From Candidatus Heimdallarchaeota archaeon (lineage in GTDB: Archaea; Asgardarchaeota; Heimdallarchaeia; Heimdallarchaeales; Kariarchaeaceae), in contig WAKA01000053.1 in assembly GCA_015523565.1 (NCBI GenBank), positions 1 through 20,466 of the forward strand: a DNA stretch of 20,466 nucleotides. The letters are read 5' to 3'. Position 1 is the first letter of the stretch. Each line of letters starts with the position of its first letter. The notes below the pieces were generated by a model. The model searched no databases and was not told the DNA's origin. It was given only the letters and a program-made list of their open reading frames with translations. Positions 9,607 through 16,870 of the stretch are shown piece after piece. Position numbers and translations under genes: made by a program.

Positions 9607-10980
9607 TTAAATGTCCCAGATTGTCTTGATCTGTGGTGATTGCAAGGAAATATCTTCTGTATAGTCTTCTGGTATTGTCTTTTCAGGCATTTCACTGGTG
9701 TATGGAGATTCAACTCCTGAAAGAATAATGGTCAATTCCACTTTTGGACCAAGGCTTGGGTCAATATGTGAACCCCAAATGACCTTTGCACCACGACCAA
9801 GCTCATTTGTCACTGTTTTAACACATCTTTGAATTTCTTCTAAACTTAATGTGTCTCCTCCTGCAATGTGGATCAATGCCGCCTTTGCATCCATGATCTG
9901 AATATCCAGTAAACTATAGGCTAGACTTTCTCTTAATGCATCTTCAACTCGAGTTGGCCCTTCTCCTTCTCCAACTCCAATAACCGAACTGCCACCTGCC
10001 TTGAGAACTTGTCTGATATCGGCAAAATCAACATTGACATACGCCGCTGTTCTGACTAAATTCACAATCCCCTGTACTGCTCGGATTAGGATTTCATCAG
10101 CTACCTTGAAGGCAGTGTCCAATGGCAAGGTTTGATCAATCAACAACAACTTTTGGTTAGGTATGACAATCACTGTGTCACAAGTAGAATATAATTCCTT
10201 CAAACCATCTATGGCGTTTGTAACTCGCTCTTCTCCTTCCATTTCAAAAGGAAGCGTACAGACCCCAACAACAAGGGCTCCTTCGCTTCTCGCAATTTCT
10301 GCAATAACTGGGGCAGCTCCTGTCCCTGTTCCACCCCCCAAACCAGCTTGCACAAAAACTAAATCTGCATCACGAACTAATTCCCTGATGTCTTCTTCTG
10401 ATTCTTCTGCAGCGGCCTTGCCAATGATGGGGTCACTTCCTGCTCCAAGACCTTCTGTCAAGTCTGCTCCTAAAATCAGCTTCAAATCTGCTTCAACATT
10501 TAGTAAATGATATGCGTCAGTGTTTGCCGCAACAGTGATTGCCCCTTGAATTCCCTTTTTAGCAAGCCTACTTACCGCATTCGAACCAGCTCCGCCTACT
10601 CCAATGGCTAATATCTTGTCATTCTTTTTCTTTAACAGCTCTTGAATGACTGAATTTACCTTGGTCGAGGAAAATTTGGCTTGGGATGGCTTAATGGGTT
10701 TGTGAACATTCTTGACCAAATTTTTCATGAATTTGTTTTGTGCCTGTACTTCTCCAATTCCAAAGGATTGTGGCTTTTGCACTTGTGCAGGTGGCTCTGG
10801 TTTTTCTTCAATTGGAACTGATGCTGTGGGTGTTGCTATTGGCTGCTTATGAACCTCTTCTGCTTTTGCTTCTGCAATTGGTTGCCAAATCTTTTGGTGA
10901 TCCTTGTATGACCACCTCGGATCTGTCGACCTGTCAAGGTTATCCATGATGTCCAAAATATCGTCTATCGGTGATGGCAT
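9607..10980 (-). CDS. ftsZ: Cell division GTPase FtsZ with long N-terminal extension
   Basis: IGVGGAGSNA, AANTD, tubulin signature GLGGGTGTG, TLPFEMEG, IPNQKL and T7 loop VNVDFAD. Confidence 0.97.
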   Translation of the reverse strand: MPSPIDDILDIMDNLDRSTDPRWSYKDHQKIWQPIAEAKAEEVHKQPIATPTASVPIEEKPEPPAQVQKPQSFGIGEVQAQNKFMKNLVKNVHKPIKPSQAKFSSTKVNSVIQELLKKKNDKILAIGVGGAGSNAVSRLAKKGIQGAITVAANTDAYHLLNVEADLKLILGADLTEGLGAGSDPIIGKAAAEESEEDIRELVRDADLVFVQAGLGGGTGTGAAPVIAEIARSEGALVVGVCTLPFEMEGEERVTNAIDGLKELYSTCDTVIVIPNQKLLLIDQTLPLDTAFKVADEILIRAVQGIVNLVRTAAYVNVDFADIRQVLKAGGSSVIGVGEGEGPTRVEDALRESLAYSLLDIQIMDAKAALIHIAGGDTLSLEEIQRCVKTVTNELGRGAKVIWGSHIDPSLGPKVELTIILSGVESPYTSEMPEKTIPEDYTEDISLQSPQIKTIWDI

Positions 10981-11159
10981 TCTTGTTATCCCTTACTCCA
11001 AAGGTTATATGACTGGGTGGCATACATCAATAATATTCATGTGTGTTGTTCAAAATTTCTGCTTCCAATAATTTTATATTTCATATAATTCCCGTTTAAT
11101 TTACACTACATTTTTCTTTCTTGTCTCATGACGATAATTTAATGTAGCCCAATGTTAAA

Positions 11160-12149
11160 ATGTCATATGTGGTAGAGCAAATAGTCGATCTTTCACTTGG
11201 AATGGACGAGGATCTTAGGCATCGTCTTGAAAAACAGCATTATTACCTTGCAGGTAGACATAGTGGTGTCAAACTATGCCATTGGACAAAAAAAGACATA
11301 ACTGGAGAAGGTCAATGCTACAAACATAAATTCTATGGCATAAAATCCGCAAACTGCATGCAGGTCTCCCCTGCTCTCACTTGGTGTACAGAAAGATGCC
11401 TGTTCTGTTGGAGAAGCGAAAGCTATGCCATGGGTGACGATATGTCCAAAATAGAACATGATGCACCAGACTGGCTTGTCAGGGAAATGATCAAAGGTCA
11501 ACAAAAACTCCTTTCTGGTTATGGGGGAAATCCAAAAGTGGATCGCAAGGTATGGGAGAACGCACAGCATCCCAAGCACGTTGCAATCTCTTTGTCTGGT
11601 GAACCCACGCTTTACAAGCATCTTGATGAATTTCTTGAAGTTTGTCACGATCTAGGCATGACAACATTCCTAGTCACAAATGGAACAAACCCTGATGTTC
11701 TGAAAAACCTAAAAAACCTCCCGACTCAGCTCTACCTCACCGTTGCAGGAAATACCCCCAAAATGCACTCTGCAATTACACGACCGTTTAATCCAAAACA
11801 GGCATGGGAAAATCTTAACAAGACTCTTGATGTGATGGCAACTCTTGACACCAGAAAAGTCATCAGAATGACTCTTGTCAAAGGAAAGAACATGGAAAAC
11901 CCAGAAAAATATGCTGAGATGTTCTTCAGAGCAAAAGCTCATTTCCTTGAAGCAAAAGGTTTCGTATCAGTTGGGGACGCCAGAAACAATTACGGATATG
12001 AAAGAATGCCCGATCTTAATGACATCTTGGATTTCTCCAAGCAAATTGTCGAAAAATCTCCTGAACATCTTGAGATAATTGACTTCTCCAAATCATCTTG
12101 TGCCGTTCTAATGGCTCCACAAGACTATCCTTGGCGTTTTCTTGAGTAA
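11160..12149 (+). CDS. taw1: tRNA 4-demethylwyosine synthase (radical SAM, Taw1/TYW1)
   Basis: HSGVKLCHW, CYKHKFYGI, radical SAM motif CTERCLFCWR, AISLSGEPTLY and TFLVTNGT. Confidence 0.96.
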   Translation: MSYVVEQIVDLSLGMDEDLRHRLEKQHYYLAGRHSGVKLCHWTKKDITGEGQCYKHKFYGIKSANCMQVSPALTWCTERCLFCWRSESYAMGDDMSKIEHDAPDWLVREMIKGQQKLLSGYGGNPKVDRKVWENAQHPKHVAISLSGEPTLYKHLDEFLEVCHDLGMTTFLVTNGTNPDVLKNLKNLPTQLYLTVAGNTPKMHSAITRPFNPKQAWENLNKTLDVMATLDTRKVIRMTLVKGKNMENPEKYAEMFFRAKAHFLEAKGFVSVGDARNNYGYERMPDLNDILDFSKQIVEKSPEHLEIIDFSKSSCAVLMAPQDYPWRFLE

Positions 12150-12234
12150 CCGATACCAACCATCAAATTAAAATTCATTAAGGTAATAGTGAAATTATAC
12201 ATCACTAGCATGTGATTATTGTGAGGTATGTAAC

Positions 12235-12501
12235 ATGTCCGAAGTCGATAAACAAGTTGCAGAAGCAATGGAAATATTAAAACACATAGCAGAAGACTCT
12301 TCAGTCCCACGAAATATCAGAAAGGCTGCAACAAAATCTATCGAAATCCTGCAGGACGAAAGCATGGACCTAAATGTAAGAGCCATTAACGCAATCGACC
12401 TGCTTGATGAGTCAACCGCTGACCCTAACTGCCCATATCATGCAAGAACAATGTTATGGCAGGCAATTACAAGGCTGGAACTTCCACCTCAAGCAAGTTG
12501 A
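12235..12501 (+). CDS. UPF0147 family archaeal protein
   Basis: Motifs DSSVPRNIRKAA and LDESTADPNCPYHARTMLW. SD-like GAGGT upstream. Confidence 0.9.
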   Translation: MSEVDKQVAEAMEILKHIAEDSSVPRNIRKAATKSIEILQDESMDLNVRAINAIDLLDESTADPNCPYHARTMLWQAITRLELPPQAS

Positions 12502-12597
12502 CACTCTTCTTTCTGCAAATTATGAATCTTAATGTCCCCTTTCTTTTTGATTCTTTAACCAAACTTAAAAATTTCCTATTTCTAAATAATATTGAAT

Positions 12598-12682
12598 GGC
12601 GAGGTACCCATAGCCTGGTAATGGACCGGTCTCGAAAACCGGCGCGGTTCTCCGCTCGGGGGTTCAAATCCCCCCCTCGTCA
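12598..12682 (+). tRNA. tRNA-Ser(CGA), long variable arm, no encoded CCA
   Basis: Acceptor GGCGAGG/CCTCGTC, D stem CCAT/ATGG, anticodon stem CCGGT/ACCGG with loop CT-CGA-AA, variable arm GCGG/CCGC, T arm GGGGG-TTCAAAT-CCCCC. Confidence 0.92.
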
Positions 12683-12760
12683 TTAGAATGTTCTCTTATA
12701 GAATTAAATGAAAATTATCTCTTAATCCTTATGAAATTTTTAATCAGTTGATTTCTTAAT

Positions 12761-12973
12761 TTATGCCGCAATTAATGCTGGATTTTCACAACATGCTGTA
12801 TAATCTTTCACTCCACACCCTGTTCCCATCCAGCAAACCCACTTTTGCTTTCCTTCTACATTTTCAAGATGCATTGGATGACCACAATGCATTGGTGCTT
12901 CTACTTTACTTGAGCAGTGTTCACATTTGTATTCCTTTGGCATGTTTTGGTATTTTGTGTCTGCATGTTTCAT
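12761..12973 (-). CDS. Small Cys/His-rich putative metal-binding protein (70 aa)
   Basis: ATG at 12973 is preceded by SD-like GGTGA. 7 Cys and 5 His in motifs CEHC, PMHCGHPMH, CWMGTGC and CC. Confidence 0.75.
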   Translation of the reverse strand: MKHADTKYQNMPKEYKCEHCSSKVEAPMHCGHPMHLENVEGKQKWVCWMGTGCGVKDYTACCENPALIAA

Positions 12974-12985
12974 TATTCTCTCACC

Positions 12986-13024
12986 TGTCAATTAAATGAC
13001 ATGTCTGATATTGATATGTCTGAA
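12986..13024. promoter_or_regulatory. Putative repressor operator (TGTCA-N6-TGACA palindrome plus ATGTC-N7-GATAT) over the promoter of the Cys/His mini-protein
   Basis: Inverted repeat at 12986-13001 and 15-bp-spaced ATGTCTGA direct repeats. 12997-13024 matches 20419-20446 at 22/28 nt. It lies between the minus-strand TATA-like element (about 13024-13029) and the start codon. Confidence 0.55.
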
Positions 13025-13088
13025 TAAAAGGTTTGAGGTCATTACATGTCTAGGTGCATTATTCTGCTTAAATACGCATTATTAATGT

Positions 13089-13751
13089 TTAAAGTGTTGT
13101 TATCCAAAAATATGCCCCTGTCACTACCAATGTTCCACCAATTAATTTTTTAAAAGTTGCATATTTGCTCCTCATGTGCACAAATTTCTTGGATTTTGGT
13201 ATGATTGAAATAAATAGAAATGGAATTCCTGCTCCCACTGCAAAAACCAGTAAATTCATGAATTGTTCAAATATAGGTAATGAAAGTATTGAAACCCATA
13301 AAGTCAAAAAATATCCTAAAGCGCATGGTGCTGCAATGATTGTATAAGAAATCCCAAGAATAAAGGCAAAAAGATATGTGTTTTTTGTTTCCTCTGAATA
13401 GAGAAAATTCTCAATTCTTGTGGGCAATGGTATTTCAATCCCCATCTTGGCAAATAACAGCATCCATACTCCTATAATTATCAAAAGAGTTGCCTGTACC
13501 CTTGCAAAAATAATGTAGTTTGAAATCAAAAATTGCTTGATTGTTGCCGTGGTTATCGTGGCAAATAATCCCAATACAAGGAGAAGACCTAAAATCAGGA
13601 CAGTTACTGATCCAATGGCTTGCCTTGTATTTGTCTCCTTCTTTTGTGAAACTTGTATCGCCAAAAAAGTTGGCAATAATGGAAACAGGCATGGGCTGAA
13701 TGAAGATAGCAAACCTAATACAAAATTGAGAGAAAGCAAAAGCATGTTCAT
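13089..13751 (-). CDS. ccdA: CcdA/DsbD-family transmembrane thiol-disulfide electron transporter
   Basis: About six hydrophobic segments with the two conserved PC motifs (SSFSPCLFPLLP and AAPCALG). Start overlaps the upstream thioredoxin stop (ATGA). Confidence 0.9.
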   Translation of the reverse strand: MNMLLLSLNFVLGLLSSFSPCLFPLLPTFLAIQVSQKKETNTRQAIGSVTVLILGLLLVLGLFATITTATIKQFLISNYIIFARVQATLLIIIGVWMLLFAKMGIEIPLPTRIENFLYSEETKNTYLFAFILGISYTIIAAPCALGYFLTLWVSILSLPIFEQFMNLLVFAVGAGIPFLFISIIPKSKKFVHMRSKYATFKKLIGGTLVVTGAYFWITTL

Positions 13752-14380
13752 TTCTTGGATCCCTCTGCTGGAATTTCTTTCTTTCCTGTAACCTTAAAAT
13801 ATACCAGTGTCAATAAGCCAAATATTGCAAAAAATTGGAACATGGGATTTTTAACTAATTCACCTATCAACCCTTCACTTTTTGTATTTCCATTGTTATC
13901 TGCAAGCTCTATGCTACTTTGACCTCCTCTATATTCATTGATTGCTTTGGCAATTTCTGTGGCTGGTGTTATGGATCCCCATTTCTTGATCAGATTCCCT
14001 TGTTCATTGAACAAAAATATTGAAGGGAGACCCGAAACTGGATATTGGTTCTGAAAATCTGAATTCTCATCTATCCCAAATTCCCATGTTGCACCGTTGT
14101 CATTTTTGAGTTTGAGCATTTTTGAAACATCATCATACTCTGGGTCAATGCTTAAACTTAAGATTTGAATGTCTGGTGCACTTTTTTTCAACGTGATCAA
14201 ATATTCTAGTTGGATTTCACATCCGCTACACCATGATGCTGTTGCATCAATGATAAACAAATTCCCTTGAAATTTGTCAAATGAATAGTAATTATTGTCT
14301 TCACTCAAATATTGGCCACTAATTGAATAGGCATTTACATTGAATGCTTGAAACATCAAAATAATCAAGATTGTTGACAT
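13748..14380 (-). CDS. Exported TlpA/ResA-like thioredoxin with C-terminal membrane anchor
   Basis: Signal-like N-terminus, ASWCSGC active site, LSIDP, cis-Pro motif GLPSIFLF, C-terminal TM helix and basic tail. Coupled to ccdA. Confidence 0.88.
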   Translation of the reverse strand: MSTILIILMFQAFNVNAYSISGQYLSEDNNYYSFDKFQGNLFIIDATASWCSGCEIQLEYLITLKKSAPDIQILSLSIDPEYDDVSKMLKLKNDNGATWEFGIDENSDFQNQYPVSGLPSIFLFNEQGNLIKKWGSITPATEIAKAINEYRGGQSSIELADNNGNTKSEGLIGELVKNPMFQFFAIFGLLTLVYFKVTGKKEIPAEGSKK

Positions 14381-14461
14381 CCACTTTTTATTTATTATAA
14401 TTTCTTACGAATGTAATAAAACAAATTGTTTCAAGATTTTAAAAAATATGACCCTCCAATT

Positions 14462-14470
14462 AAAAAAAAA
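14462..14470 (-). terminator. Oligo-T terminator downstream of tRNA-Pro
   Basis: A9 on the + strand is T9 on the minus strand, about 20 nt after the tRNA 3' end. Confidence 0.5.
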
Positions 14471-14491
14471 GAATTGCAATTTCTTGCCTAA

Positions 14492-14565
14492 TGAGGCCGG
14501 AGGGATTTGAACCCCCAATCAATGCGACCCGAACGCACCATGTTACCAGATTACACTACGGCCTC
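14492..14565 (-). tRNA. tRNA-Pro(CGG), intronless, no encoded CCA
   Basis: Reverse complement folds as GAGGCCG TA GTGT AATCTGGTA ACAT G GTGCG TT-CGG-GT CGCAT TGATT GGGGG TTCAAAT CCCTC CGGCCTC A. Confidence 0.95.
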
Positions 14566-14686
14566 TTACGAACTAATTTGCAAAACTTAGCTTAATTTAT
14601 TTTTCTGAAGGTCTCGGTCAATTTCATTATTCATGTCAGTTAATCGCAACGAAATGTTTATACTTTTCCGTTCCAGTTAAATTTGT

Positions 14687-14986
14687 ATGTCAGTTCCGAA
14701 ATGCAACGAATGTAAAAACGAGTTGATTGGACTCTATTTAGAATCTGAAGGTCATTTTGCCAAGTTGGAGGATTTCATGTATTGCAGGAAATGCGGAAAA
14801 CCACGAGAAGTCTCTGCATTCTTCAAACGATTTGGATTTGAAGCATTTGAAAAACAGAATGACAAGGATCGTCTTGAACTTGATGGCCATGTCTTAATTT
14901 GGAAGAATGTTTTAGGTCAAGAACAATATTATTGTTTGACGTGCGATCAAGAATTGCTACATAGTCATCATCATCATTTTCGATAG
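14687..14986 (+). CDS. Hypothetical metal-binding protein with three CxxC motifs and His-rich tail
   Basis: CNEC, CRKC, CLTC and C-terminal HSHHHHFR. A TATA-like TTTATA lies about 25-30 nt upstream. Confidence 0.7.
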   Translation: MSVPKCNECKNELIGLYLESEGHFAKLEDFMYCRKCGKPREVSAFFKRFGFEAFEKQNDKDRLELDGHVLIWKNVLGQEQYYCLTCDQELLHSHHHHFR

Positions 14987-14989
14987 ACA

Positions 14990-15373
14990 TCAATGCTCTT
15001 TCTCGTATTTGTCCCTGCAATGTATACAACAAAATGCCACTTTGTTTCCAAATTTGTCTGTCTCAACAACTTTTGCATCATAAAGTTTGACACCACAATG
15101 ATGACAGGTTTCAAGTACTTGATCCAACCTGGCATCAATCAGATTTCCCATTCTATTTAAGAGGTCATCAACAAGTTTTTTTCCCCTTTCCGTGAGGATG
15201 TATTTCACCCTGCCTCTTACTTCCTCGTCCTTTTCGACTTCTTTTACAAAGCCATTATCCCTTAGCTCGTGAAGGAAGGGATATATTTTCCCAGAACTTG
15301 GCTTTTCTCCTGTCATGTCTTGGATTTGCTTGGCTATATCGTAGCCGCTTTTTGGTCCTTCCCGTAATAGCAA
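14990..15373 (-). CDS. PadR-family winged-helix transcriptional regulator with C-terminal TRASH metal-binding domain (true start probably further upstream)
   Basis: PadR motifs GPKSGYDIAK, SSGKIYPFLHEL and YILTERGK. TRASH-like CHHCG...FCCIHC at the C-terminus. Confidence 0.9.
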   Translation of the reverse strand: MLLREGPKSGYDIAKQIQDMTGEKPSSGKIYPFLHELRDNGFVKEVEKDEEVRGRVKYILTERGKKLVDDLLNRMGNLIDARLDQVLETCHHCGVKLYDAKVVETDKFGNKVAFCCIHCRDKYEKEH

Positions 15374-15496
15374 TAGGCATTGTATCCTGAATAACGAATT
15401 GAGTTTTGGCTTCGTAATATGTAAATCCCATTTTTATGACTTTTTAGTTTTCCTAACCTGTCACAGTTCAATTATGAAAAGTTCAGATTAAATCTT

Positions 15497-15958
15497 TCAT
15501 CGTTCATCTTCTGGCAATAGACCATATTCCTCTATTTCCTGTTCAATCAATTCTGCTCTTCTCAGCAATTCATCTGCAATTGTTTGATTGTGCTTTATTA
15601 TTTCTGGCGATAAATAAATCTCTCCTTGGAATTCTCTTGGTTTACCCATGACGTCAACAATTTCACCAAATTCCGCTCGTTCCACAACTTCTGTTTCTAC
15701 CCATTGCTTTACATTAATGGTTCCTGTACCGTCATCAATTGTAATTACTGCATATTTTTTTTCATTTTGGCTTTTTCCGACAAATTTCCTTATGACAGTC
15801 CCTAAAATGTGAATCTTATGAAGTGGCTGTCCCCTGAATTTGAAAAATTTTTGGTCATCAAATTCAAAAACCTCTATTTTCTTAATATCGCGGATTCTCA
15901 TAATCTTTGCAGGCTTTCTCCTGAACTTGGATCGGGAGGACATAATGGTTCTAAGCAT
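15497..15958 (-). CDS. OB-fold single-stranded DNA-binding protein, Rpa2/RPA32-like
   Basis: RKPAKIMRIRDI, IHILGTVI, ITIDDGTGTINVKQW, VDVMGKPREFQGEIYL, then a helix. Alternative start at 15943. Confidence 0.8.
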   Translation of the reverse strand: MLRTIMSSRSKFRRKPAKIMRIRDIKKIEVFEFDDQKFFKFRGQPLHKIHILGTVIRKFVGKSQNEKKYAVITIDDGTGTINVKQWVETEVVERAEFGEIVDVMGKPREFQGEIYLSPEIIKHNQTIADELLRRAELIEQEIEEYGLLPEDER

Positions 15959-16010
15959 TTTGCATCAAAAACTATTGCTATTTGGTGATAAACATTATCT
16001 ATTTCTGTAT

Positions 16011-16823
16011 TTAAAGTTCTAACTTTCTTGCAAACAATGTAAAAGTCAAAGGTACCTCTCTTCCTGGAATGAACCATCTGCCATTTTCATCTCTCCTCAT
16101 GCTTTCAAACATTTTATAAAAACCAAATGGTGATTCTTCTATTCTAAATATGTGTAGTCCTACATCACAAATTGCATTAATGATCTCTGAAAATGTATGA
16201 TCCCATTCATAATGAAGTGGTTCATCCAATGGTTTATCAGTTCCATCGTGGGCGTATGTCCATTTCTCAATATATTCGACTGCTTTCCCTTTGTTAAAAT
16301 AATCATTTTTTAAATAAATTTTATTGTTTTCCATTTGCATTGCATAATAGATTGGGTGTGTATCCTTCAAGTAAAAGATCCCGTCTTTTTTCAAGTGATT
16401 TGCAATGATTTTTGCCCATTCCCTAAGGTTAGGAAGCCATGGTAGTACACCGATTGAAGTAAACACAATGTCAAATTGCCTGTTCAAATTAAGGTCATAT
16501 ATGTCTGATTCAATGAACTCTGTTGGTAATCCCAACTCAGTCGTGATTTCATTTGCCAATTGGATTGCCTCTTCTGAAAAGTCAACCCCTGTTGCTTCGG
16601 CTCCAAGCCTTGTCCAAGACATTGTATCAAGCCCAAAATGGCATTGAAGGTGCAGAAGACTTTTTCCTTTGACATCTACATATTGCATAAGCTCATGATG
16701 TTCATCTGCAACAAAACTTGGTTTTCCTTTTTTGAACTCATCAATGTTGTATATTATTTTAGAAAGTCTATGTATCTTTACTCTTGCATTCCAGTTATTT
16801 TTGTTTATTTCAATTTCTTTCAT
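16011..16823 (-). CDS. Class I SAM-dependent methyltransferase, substrate unknown
   Basis: Motif I variant LLHLQCHFGLDT, GVDFSEEAI, FDIVFTSIGVLPWLP and LKKDGIFY. Confidence 0.88.
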   Translation of the reverse strand: MKEIEINKNNWNARVKIHRLSKIIYNIDEFKKGKPSFVADEHHELMQYVDVKGKSLLHLQCHFGLDTMSWTRLGAEATGVDFSEEAIQLANEITTELGLPTEFIESDIYDLNLNRQFDIVFTSIGVLPWLPNLREWAKIIANHLKKDGIFYLKDTHPIYYAMQMENNKIYLKNDYFNKGKAVEYIEKWTYAHDGTDKPLDEPLHYEWDHTFSEIINAICDVGLHIFRIEESPFGFYKMFESMRRDENGRWFIPGREVPLTFTLFARKLEL

Positions 16824-16870
16824 GTTTCAAGCATTACATTAAATCATAAAAAATAGTGCATTCGTGATTT

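Noticed and set aside
10163-10510. 115-aa + strand ORF
   Set aside because: Antisense shadow of the conserved FtsZ core.
12598-12682. Reassignment of TCG to Leu by the A73 tRNA, or an allo-tRNA/tRNA-Sec fold
   Set aside because: TCG occurs at small or polar conserved positions (FtsZ GGAG-S-NA and GGS-S-VIG, EtfB IP-S-PYD), consistent with Ser. The fold is 7/5 and the anticodon is CGA.
12456-12686. ORFs on both strands across this interval
   Set aside because: They overlap tRNA-Ser and the UPF0147 3' end, with no coding signal.
12683-14491. Integrated element between the converging tRNA genes
   Set aside because: No duplicated tRNA 3' end (att site) and no integrase or transposase found by eye.
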